NCBI GenBank assembly: GCA_963838215.1
Contig: CAWIQG010000004.1
Span: 166,826 to 230,825, forward strand
From: an uncultured Bacteroidales bacterium
Lineage (GTDB): Bacteria > Bacteroidota > Bacteroidia > Bacteroidales > VadinHA17
Direction: 5' to 3'
DNA length: 64,000 nucleotides
Shown: positions 49,319 through 56,842 of the stretch, piece after piece
How the letters are laid out: the number at the start of each line of letters is the position of its first letter
Position numbering within the stretch: position 1 is the first letter of the stretch
Position numbers and translations under genes: made by a program
Notes under the pieces: generated by a model
What the model was told of the DNA's origin: nothing
What the model saw: the letters and a program-made list of their open reading frames with translations, nothing else
Database searches by the model: none

Positions 49319-49843
49319 TCAAAACACCATCGTCCGGACGTGTACCTTTTTTAATGCTCTCAGATATTCTTCGAGCAGAATACGCTGTTTTTCATCTCCT
49401 TTCAGTTCGAGAATGATAAGCCCTGCAGGTTCACCGAAGAATAGTTCATTCACTCCCAGCCGGGTCCGGATATTACAACCATACGCAGTAAGAACTTTTT
49501 GAACAGATAAAATAACGTCATGATCTCTTTCAACAAGAAGGCCCAGAATTTCAACATTATTCCTGACAGGATCAATATTTAAAGTCTCCTTTTTATCTGT
49601 GAAGATCATTTCGCGGAGCTCTATTCCGCCCAGTTCCTTCAGCTCCTTTGTAAGCTTATCTGAATCAGCGGGATCGCCATTAAGATGAAGAATAATATAC
49701 GCCTCACGACTGCAGACTTCATCAGTCACTTCATGAAATCCAAGACGGGTTGTAATAACAGCGGCATGACGGGACAAGATTCCCTGTGTCAATCCGGCTT
49801 CTTTTATTCTGTCGATGATTTTTATTCCGAGAACCTTTATCAT
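49319..49843 (-). CDS. tandem-duplicated TM1266-like 'iron-only hydrogenase system regulator' (NikR C-terminal/ACT-like fold)
   Basis: 174 aa made of two roughly 85-aa halves with the same pattern (VLGIKIIDR...ITTRLGFHEV...YIILHLNGD...ELREMIF versus ILGLLVERD...IRTRLGVNEL...LIILELKGD...HVRTMVF). Lies between hydG and hydE. Confidence 0.65.
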   Translation of the reverse strand: MIKVLGIKIIDRIKEAGLTQGILSRHAAVITTRLGFHEVTDEVCSREAYIILHLNGDPADSDKLTKELKELGGIELREMIFTDKKETLNIDPVRNNVEILGLLVERDHDVILSVQKVLTAYGCNIRTRLGVNELFFGEPAGLIILELKGDEKQRILLEEYLRALKKVHVRTMVF

Positions 49844-49870
49844 AATGTTCAGATTTTGTTCAGTGTTAGG

Positions 49871-49938
49871 AGTTCAAAGTTCAAAGTTCAAAGTTCAAAG
49901 TTCATTGTTCAAAGTTCAAAATTCATTGTTCAAAGTTC
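49871..49938. repeat. 7-nt tandem repeat AGTTCAA, about 9.7 copies (some degenerate)
   Basis: agttcaa x4, then agttcat tgttcaa agttcaa aattcat tgttcaa agttc. Confidence 0.9.
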
Positions 49939-50009
49939 TTTTACTCCAGAGTTATCGGGAGTTTTTCACTGAATATCGCAACTTCAAATCTCTCATTCAA
50001 TTCATCCTT

Positions 50010-50054
50010 CAGTCTCTCAGTTACTTAGTCTTTTAGTCACTTAGTCTTTTAATT
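50010..50054. repeat. 16-nt period direct repeat (ACTTAGTCTTTTA x2 plus a degenerate third copy)
   Basis: acttagtctttta at 50023-50035 and 50039-50051, preceded by the related agtctctcagtt. Confidence 0.75.
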
Positions 50055-50074
50055 ATTTAGGCCATAGTCTTATA

Positions 50075-51499
50075 TCAGAAATATAAGTCTCTTTCCCCTT
50101 TCTTAATTCTTTCAATTTTCTCTTTTGTAATAATAGCCACATTAGGCTCAAGTTTTTCCAGGTTTTTTTCAATTGCCTTCCATCCTTTTTCCACTGTTTC
50201 TCCCTGAGCATAGTCGCAGATATATTCCGAGAGAGTCAGAATAGCGTTAGGTGTGCAGAATCTTTTAATAAACCCGGGTACTGAAAATTCCATAAAATGT
50301 TCGCCAGTACGTCCCATCCTGTAGCACGAAGTGCAGAATGAAGGCAGATAATCGTTTGTGAGTAATTCGTCGATCACTTCAGCCAGCGATCTTGCATCAT
50401 TTATCTTAAATTGTTCGCGATTCAGATCCTGTTTCTCATTTTTTGAGTCAGAATATGAGCCAAGCTCAAGTTTTGTTCCACCATCTATTTGGGAAACACC
50501 ATATTGCATGGCTTCTTTCCTTACATCAGGAGCTTCTCTTGCAGTCAATATCAAACCTGTGTAAGGGACTGCAAGTCTCAGTATAGCAATAAGTTTTTTA
50601 AAATCTTCATCATTTGTCTGGTATTTTCCGTCAATGTTCAGGCTGAGGGCATCTTTGATACGGGGAAATGAGATTGTATGCGGGCCCACATTATAACATG
50701 CCTCAAGATGATTGGTATGCCGTACAAGTCCCAGAACTTCAAACCTCCAGTCGTACAGTCCGAAAAGAGCGCCTATTCCCACATCATCAATTCCTGCTTC
50801 CTGCGCTCTGTCCAAAGCTGTAAGCCGCCATTCAAAGTCTTTCTTTTTACCTCCCAGATGATACCATTTATAAGCTTCGGGATGATATGTTTCCTGAAAT
50901 ATCTGATAAGTTCCTATACCGGATCCTCCTACAGTTCTAAAGCCTTCAATGTCGAGTGGAGCTGCATTTATATTTACCCTCCTTATTTCGCCCCGACCTT
51001 TCTTAACTCCATAAACAATTTTAACTGTTTGGGCGATATATTCCGGTGAGTAATCAGGATGTTCTCCATAAACCAGGATAAGTCTTTTCTGCCCGTTATC
51101 TTCAAGCGCTTCAACTTCTTTGATCAGTTCCTCATTACTCAGGGTTTTCCTGATTGCATCCTTATTCGAAATTCTGAATCCACAATACTGGCAATTATTT
51201 ATACATTTGTTACCAACATATAGAGGAGCAAAAAGCACGATCCGGTTTCCATATACCTTCTCTTTCAGTTCTCTTGCCCCCTGTTTAATCTCATCAGCGA
51301 GATCGGTGCCGATTGAATTTACCAGTACGGCAGTTTCCTGCATTGTAAGCCTTTGTTTATCAAGCGATTTAGCGATAACATCCCTCACCCTTTGCCTTTC
51401 AGGTTTTGTGTTTTTTATCAATGCCCATATCTCTTCAGGATCAATGAATTGTTTCATTCGCTGATCGGGAATACTCAACTTCTCAGGTGAAAACCTCAT
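50075..51499 (-). CDS. hydG: [FeFe]-hydrogenase H-cluster radical-SAM maturase HydG
   Basis: 474 aa. YVGNKCINNCQYCGF radical-SAM motif and C-terminal FCTSCYRMGRTGEHFMEF...FCTPNA cluster motif. Confidence 0.9.
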   Translation of the reverse strand: MRFSPEKLSIPDQRMKQFIDPEEIWALIKNTKPERQRVRDVIAKSLDKQRLTMQETAVLVNSIGTDLADEIKQGARELKEKVYGNRIVLFAPLYVGNKCINNCQYCGFRISNKDAIRKTLSNEELIKEVEALEDNGQKRLILVYGEHPDYSPEYIAQTVKIVYGVKKGRGEIRRVNINAAPLDIEGFRTVGGSGIGTYQIFQETYHPEAYKWYHLGGKKKDFEWRLTALDRAQEAGIDDVGIGALFGLYDWRFEVLGLVRHTNHLEACYNVGPHTISFPRIKDALSLNIDGKYQTNDEDFKKLIAILRLAVPYTGLILTAREAPDVRKEAMQYGVSQIDGGTKLELGSYSDSKNEKQDLNREQFKINDARSLAEVIDELLTNDYLPSFCTSCYRMGRTGEHFMEFSVPGFIKRFCTPNAILTLSEYICDYAQGETVEKGWKAIEKNLEKLEPNVAIITKEKIERIKKGERDLYF

Positions 51500-51565
51500 A
51501 AATTAATGATATTAAAATTACTTAACAAAGATAATCAATAAATGGCCTTCAGAAAATGATACTAG

Positions 51566-52486
51566 TTAGTATATAAGGTCCGATATCTCTTCTTTTGCCA
51601 AATTAATCCTTACGATTGTTTTATTATCGTAAATATTAACAGAACCATATATTTTTTTATGAAAGTATATTGTAATTTTCTGGTCAGAAAGAGACCACGA
51701 ATTATCAAAAACATTCAAAAGAACTTCTCCTTTATCTTCCTGGTTTTTATGAATTACTACCAAACCTTTTGAAAAAAAAGATCCGCTTTCAGCTGATACT
51801 GCGTAAATTCCGTATGAAGGAAGAAGTTTGCATTCTTCTGTAAGTGGCACTTGTACAAATGGAGGCAGCTCAATAGAAGCCTCACTGACGTACTTTATCG
51901 GTTTCCCAATGATAATGTAATAGTGATCAAGATAAGCATTTGCCCTCTGGATATATCCCTCGCTTATAGCCTGGCGTATTTTTGTTGAACTGACCGTTTC
52001 GTGCTGAACCTCCTGTTCAGGTATATCTTCGGCTTCAAAATTATATTTCCCCTGCCATGCCCAAAGTTGTTTATAATCTCCTTCCTTATTGAATCCAAAA
52101 TGATGGTTAAATCCTGAAACAACTACCTTAGCATGTAAAATACCATGAAGAAAATCTTTAACAAACTGCTCGCTGGTAATTTTAGAGAACTCCCTGGTGA
52201 ATTCTATGATGATAACATTATTAAGACCGGTTTTCTCAAGGAGCTCCAGTTTTTCCTCCTGCGAATAAATAAGCTTCAGGTCCTTACCTGCAGTATCGGG
52301 GTAAAGCACTTTCCTGGGATGCGGGTCAAATGTGATGAGCACCGATTCACCGTCGTGCTTCTCAGCCAGCATTTTTAACCGTTTAAGAATGGTCTTATGT
52401 CCGATATGAACCCCATCGAACGATCCGGTTGTCACAACAGGATTTCTGATAATCTTTGCATCTTCAAAGTTTCTGAAAATATTCAT
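51566..52486 (-). CDS. ribF: bifunctional riboflavin kinase / FMN adenylyltransferase
   Basis: 306 aa. VVTTGSFDGVHIGH motif. Confidence 0.9.
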   Translation of the reverse strand: MNIFRNFEDAKIIRNPVVTTGSFDGVHIGHKTILKRLKMLAEKHDGESVLITFDPHPRKVLYPDTAGKDLKLIYSQEEKLELLEKTGLNNVIIIEFTREFSKITSEQFVKDFLHGILHAKVVVSGFNHHFGFNKEGDYKQLWAWQGKYNFEAEDIPEQEVQHETVSSTKIRQAISEGYIQRANAYLDHYYIIIGKPIKYVSEASIELPPFVQVPLTEECKLLPSYGIYAVSAESGSFFSKGLVVIHKNQEDKGEVLLNVFDNSWSLSDQKITIYFHKKIYGSVNIYDNKTIVRINLAKEEISDLIY

Positions 52487-52498
52487 GAAGGCAGAATC

Positions 52499-53122
52499 CT
52501 AAATTTTATTTTCTTTCACAAAGTATGCAACTTTCTCGATAGAGGTAATCATATCATATTCTTCGAGATAGACTCCTGACGGAACATTTAAAGGAATAGT
52601 TGTAAAATTGAGAATACCTTTTATTCCGTATCTGACTGTTTCTTCAGCTATTTCCCTTGCATATTCAGGTGGAACAGTAAGAATGGCTATTCTTATATCG
52701 AGTTCTGTTATTATTTTTTCTATATCGCTGTAAGGATAGCATTTCACTCCCGAAATGACTTTATTAACCTTCTGGATATCGTTGTCAAACGAAGCCACAA
52801 GATTCAGTTTTGACCGTTTCCCCTTAAAATAACCTGCTACAGCTCTTCCCAGATTTCCGATTCCAATTATTGCGACATTCATGCTCACTTCCGAATCAAT
52901 GATAATTCCAATTTTATCAATAAGCTCCCTGACGTCGTATCCTTTTCTAAGAACACTCGAATATCCAATCAGCATCAGATCGCGCCTGACCTGTACTGCA
53001 GTAATGTGAAGACGGGCGGCCAGCTCGTGAGAAAAAATGAAGTTTCTCTTTTCATTAAGGCACTCCAGAAGTGTCCTTCTGTATTCACTCAGCCTTTCTA
53101 CGGTTCTTCCTGGTAATTTCAT
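52499..53122 (-). CDS. rex: redox-sensing transcriptional repressor Rex
   Basis: 207 aa. N-terminal winged helix (RLSEYRRTL...ISSHELA) and Rossmann AIIGIGNLGRA. Confidence 0.9.
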   Translation of the reverse strand: MKLPGRTVERLSEYRRTLLECLNEKRNFIFSHELAARLHITAVQVRRDLMLIGYSSVLRKGYDVRELIDKIGIIIDSEVSMNVAIIGIGNLGRAVAGYFKGKRSKLNLVASFDNDIQKVNKVISGVKCYPYSDIEKIITELDIRIAILTVPPEYAREIAEETVRYGIKGILNFTTIPLNVPSGVYLEEYDMITSIEKVAYFVKENKI

Positions 53123-53152
53123 AATAGAATAATTGATTTTGATGTCTTAATC

Positions 53153-53164
53153 ACGAAGCTTCGT
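53153..53164. promoter_or_regulatory. perfect 12-bp palindrome ACGAAGCTTCGT upstream of rex
   Basis: Lies in the 61-nt spacer between the REC-kinase stop and the rex start. Confidence 0.3.
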
Positions 53165-53183
53165 AACTCAATTCATCATTAAT

Positions 53184-54320
53184 TTAATTAAAGGTTATTG
53201 GTTTTTTTGGTAATCTTATTGTAAACACTGTTCCAACATCGGGTGTGCTGTCAACCTTAACTGTACCATGATAAAGTTCCACGACTTTTTTAACAATGGA
53301 CAATCCAAGTCCGCTACCGGATATATTCCTTGTCTTTTCGTTTTTAATTCTTACAAATTCGGCAAACAGGTTATCTGTGTCATTTTTTGTTATACCTATT
53401 CCCGTATCGGAAAAAATGAGAATAGCTTCACTATCAGAACTATCAATGGTAATTTCGGCTTTTCCACCTATTTTATTGTACTTTACTGCATTAGAAATGA
53501 GATTATTAAAAACAATCTCCATATCATCGGGGTCAGCCATTATAATGGCATCAGAGCGAACATCAAGATTAATGCTTACATCCATCTGGATCGCATAGGG
53601 CTGAACAGTTATTATTGCATTTGAAGCCACTTCAGAAAGATTGACTTCCTGTATTTTTTCCTCTTTCCTTTCAAGACGTATCTTTGTAAAATCAAGAAGG
53701 TCCATAATAAGGTTTCTCATTCCCTGTATCCTTTGAAGAGATCTTTCGATTGGAGTTGCATAATCTTCAATTCTGTCCCCTGACTGCTTCTCCTGCATCA
53801 TCCTGAGATATCCTTCCAGTGCATTTAATGGAGCCTTCAATTCGTGTGAAAGAACTGAAAGAAACTGGTACCTGACCTTCTTCCCATCCTGTTTCAATTT
53901 ATGCGTTATTCTCTTCAGATACTGTTGTTTCGTAATGTTTTCGATGCTCGATTTTAATTCCTGTGGAGTAAATGGTTTTGGGATGAAATCAATGGCTCCA
54001 TCGCGGGTAGCCCTTAATGCAACATCAAGCGATGCATACGATGTGATCATTGCCACGACAATATCATAGTTCCTTTTTTTTATGTACTCAAGTACATCCA
54101 CCCCCTGTATTCCCGGCAACTTATTATCGAGCAAAAGGATATCCGGCATATCGTGTTCAAGAATAGTGATACCTTCTTCGCCTGTTCCGGCTTCAGTCAC
54201 TTCAAATGTATAATCCTCATCCATAAAAGGATAAGTGACATGGAAATTGTTCAGTATCCTGGAAACCCCTGAACGTATTCCCGGTTCATCATCAATGACA
54301 AGTACTTTTAAAACAGCCAT
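53184..54320 (-). CDS. hybrid REC-HisKA-HATPase protein (receiver-regulated histidine kinase, soluble)
   Basis: N-terminal REC (VLVIDDEPG, ILLLDNKLPG, IPKPF), H-box LSHELKAPLN, G2 GSGLGLSIVKKV. No TM segment and no DNA-binding domain. Confidence 0.85.
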   Translation of the reverse strand: MAVLKVLVIDDEPGIRSGVSRILNNFHVTYPFMDEDYTFEVTEAGTGEEGITILEHDMPDILLLDNKLPGIQGVDVLEYIKKRNYDIVVAMITSYASLDVALRATRDGAIDFIPKPFTPQELKSSIENITKQQYLKRITHKLKQDGKKVRYQFLSVLSHELKAPLNALEGYLRMMQEKQSGDRIEDYATPIERSLQRIQGMRNLIMDLLDFTKIRLERKEEKIQEVNLSEVASNAIITVQPYAIQMDVSINLDVRSDAIIMADPDDMEIVFNNLISNAVKYNKIGGKAEITIDSSDSEAILIFSDTGIGITKNDTDNLFAEFVRIKNEKTRNISGSGLGLSIVKKVVELYHGTVKVDSTPDVGTVFTIRLPKKPITFN

Positions 54321-54321
54321 A

Positions 54322-54717
54322 TTATAGTTTTAAGAGTTTCATAACCTCCTGATCAAGCTGTTCGGGTCTGATACCTTTTTCAAGATATTTGTCAGCCCTG
54401 ATCCATGATTTTTCCTGTTCTGAATCGATACTGAAAGATAAGCCTGTTTCGTGCGATACTGCTGTTGCAAGTATAACAGGTACGTCAGGATATTTTCTCT
54501 TTAACTTATAACACAGGATAAAGCCGCTGTCGTCACTCTCCATCATCAGGTCAAAAATTGCCAGATCAGGTTTGAATCTGGCAATAACCGATTCAGCCTC
54601 TGTCTGGCTCTCCACGGCCATGGTTTTGTATCCTGCCTTCTCCAGATTAAATACAGTCTGAAAAAGATAATCCGGATCATCATCTGCAATCAATATTGTA
54701 AAATCACTCTTCTTCAT
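54322..54717 (-). CDS. stand-alone receiver (REC) protein
   Basis: 131 aa. ILIADDD, AIFDLMM, ILATAV and YLEKG supply the conserved D/D/T/K positions. No output domain. Confidence 0.85.
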   Translation of the reverse strand: MKKSDFTILIADDDPDYLFQTVFNLEKAGYKTMAVESQTEAESVIARFKPDLAIFDLMMESDDSGFILCYKLKRKYPDVPVILATAVSHETGLSFSIDSEQEKSWIRADKYLEKGIRPEQLDQEVMKLLKL

Positions 54718-54793
54718 CTTTCTACAAATTTCTAAAAATTCTTTAAATCAACCAGTTATTATGATAAATATGATTGTAGTTATTTTATTAACA

Positions 54794-54847
54794 GTGTGTG
54801 GTTCGGGGTGTGTGGCAAGAGGCATACTCAACCGCAAACCTCAAACG
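54794..54847. repeat. GC-rich short repeats (GTGTGTGG x2; heptamer CTCAACC/GCAAACC/TCAAACG)
   Basis: gtgtgtgg at 54794 and 54808. Three degenerate 7-mers at 54827-54847, directly after the sensor-kinase stop (minus strand). Confidence 0.7.
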
Positions 54848-54861
54848 ACGTACCACTGATC

Positions 54862-56823
54862 CTATTCTTTTCGTCTCGGTAACACAATTTTGAAGCTTGT
54901 TCCTGTTGGCCCTTTTGCAGAATTATTATTCGATTCAGCTGTAATCTGCCCTTTGTGCATTTTGACAATACCATATGCGGTTGCCAGCCCCAGTCCTGTA
55001 CCTTGCCCAATACTTTTAGTAGTAAAAAAAGGTTCGAAAATCTTAGCTCTATCTTCCTCCCTGATACCTGTTCCGGAATCGCTTATAGTAATAATAACAT
55101 CACCCAGAGTATCTTCCAGACTGATATCAATTTTCCCTCCGCCCGGCATTGCGTCAATCGCGTTTTTTATCAGATTTGTAAAAACCTGCATCATTTGTTC
55201 CGAATCGAGCATTGCCTCAGGGTTTGTTGTTAAATCCAAAACATTAATTTTAATTTTTTCAGGAACAATCATACTCTCAAGGCTATGATTAACAAGCTCT
55301 TTAATACTTACTATCTGGTGGTTCACCTGGTTCTTCCGCGCAAAATTAAGCAACCCTGCGACAATTTTTTTGCATCTGCCGGCCTGCTCTACAATGAGTT
55401 TAAGATCTTCCCGTACAGGATCCCCGGCAGAGGATTCTTCCAGAAGGATGTTGCTGTACATTATCACTACTCCAAGAGGATTATTAAGCTCATGAGCAAT
55501 ACCGGCTGAAAGCTGACCCATGTGAGCAAGTTTTTCTGATTGTTTCAGAGCCTGTTTCATTGAGGAGAGCTTCTCGTTCGACAATGCAAGGTCTTTTACC
55601 GACTTGTGAAGCTTTTCAATAGTATATGGAAGGCACATCTCGACTTCTGCAAGACCCTTTTTAATAGCTATTGCATGCTCCACACAACTTTCATAGCCGC
55701 AGGCACCACAATCGAGCTGGTCTTTCTTTGTTTTCTTGCCCATTCTTATAAGAACATCGTTCACATCATTTTCATCCAGGACAGCAATTCGATGATCCTC
55801 AGCCTTATGACGGAATGAAAGATCAAGCTCTGCAAATTCATCAAATGATTTTTGCCAAAAATCGGAATCAATATTCTGCATTTTACTGTTTGCATAGGAA
55901 CTTACAAGTGCCCGTCTGTTGTACTGTTTTCCATTTTTCGATAATCCGGGCCCCATTATACATCCTTCACAACAGAGAAGTTCCATGTGCTGGTTCTTTA
56001 TCAATCCCGCTTCAAATTCTTTTAATGCGCCCTGAAAATCTATCCTCCCTTCGGCGGCAATAATATTACCTGTGATAGCATTATCGCTGATTTTGGCTGT
56101 CTGAAGCAATCCGCGTGCTACAGGGAAAATAGCACCTCTTCCACCTACAGGCTGGTCAAAATCAATCAGTTTACTGTTTTCAGGAGTGATATCCCTGTCG
56201 GCAAACATATCTCTTAATTCAGTAAAGGTTATTGCCTCATCTATTTCGACGCTTTCAGCTTTTTTTGCAATGCATGGTCCTATAAAAACAATTTTTGCAT
56301 CCTTACCATATTTTTCACGTATCACTCTGCTCATCGCCACCATTGGAGAAACTATCGGAGCCAGATTATCAACAAGAGCCGGATGATAGTATTTGATGTA
56401 GTTTACAATTGAAGGACAATCAGACGAAATATAAAAATCTCTGCTTTCCGTGACGAGTTTTTTATATCGATCTGCCACAAGGTCAGCACCAAAAGAGACT
56501 TCCGCCACATATTCAAATCCGAGCGCCTTTATCATACCTATGAGAACACGGTAGTCAGCAAAATCAGAGAATTCAGCCGGGAAACTCGGAGCAATAATAG
56601 CAGCAACTTTCTTTTCATTTTCAAGAAGTTTTACTACCCTGTCAGTTGTATTCAGAAAAACTTTTGCACCCTGGCTGCATACTTTGGTACAATTTCCGCA
56701 TGCTATACACCTTTCGTCTATAACCTCGGCCTGTCCTCCGACAATACGAATAGCTTTGGCAGGGCATTCCCTTACACAGGTATAGCAGGTACGACAAAGT
56801 TCCTTTATTGTATAAACCAGCAT
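54862..56823 (-). CDS. [FeFe]-hydrogenase-like sensor fused to a histidine kinase (ferredoxin + H-domain-like + Cx2Cx4Cx16C + HisKA + HATPase)
   Basis: CRTCYTCVRECP and CIACGNCTKVCS; H-domain-like motifs SSDCPS, GPCIAKKAE, LLCCEGCIMGPG; DCGACGYESCVEHAIAIKKGLAEVEMC; H-box GIAHELNNPLG; GTGLGLATAYGIV. Confidence 0.85.
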   Translation of the reverse strand: MLVYTIKELCRTCYTCVRECPAKAIRIVGGQAEVIDERCIACGNCTKVCSQGAKVFLNTTDRVVKLLENEKKVAAIIAPSFPAEFSDFADYRVLIGMIKALGFEYVAEVSFGADLVADRYKKLVTESRDFYISSDCPSIVNYIKYYHPALVDNLAPIVSPMVAMSRVIREKYGKDAKIVFIGPCIAKKAESVEIDEAITFTELRDMFADRDITPENSKLIDFDQPVGGRGAIFPVARGLLQTAKISDNAITGNIIAAEGRIDFQGALKEFEAGLIKNQHMELLCCEGCIMGPGLSKNGKQYNRRALVSSYANSKMQNIDSDFWQKSFDEFAELDLSFRHKAEDHRIAVLDENDVNDVLIRMGKKTKKDQLDCGACGYESCVEHAIAIKKGLAEVEMCLPYTIEKLHKSVKDLALSNEKLSSMKQALKQSEKLAHMGQLSAGIAHELNNPLGVVIMYSNILLEESSAGDPVREDLKLIVEQAGRCKKIVAGLLNFARKNQVNHQIVSIKELVNHSLESMIVPEKIKINVLDLTTNPEAMLDSEQMMQVFTNLIKNAIDAMPGGGKIDISLEDTLGDVIITISDSGTGIREEDRAKIFEPFFTTKSIGQGTGLGLATAYGIVKMHKGQITAESNNNSAKGPTGTSFKIVLPRRKE

Positions 56824-56842
56824 ATTAATATGGTATTACAGA

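Noticed and set aside
49685-50036. Two plus-strand ORFs translating SSKFKVQSSKFIVQSSKF repeats
   Set aside because: They are translations of the AGTTCAA heptamer microsatellite and overlap the start of the minus-strand regulator gene. They are not credible proteins.
49871-50054. Possible CRISPR array, suggested by the regular repeats
   Set aside because: The repeat units are 7 and 16 nt with no unique spacers, far below CRISPR repeat/spacer sizes, and there are no cas genes in the window.
51511-51528. Rex-like half-site (TTAACAA) upstream of hydG
   Set aside because: Only one half-site matches. The partner half (ATTAAAA) has almost no similarity, so it is not called as an operator.
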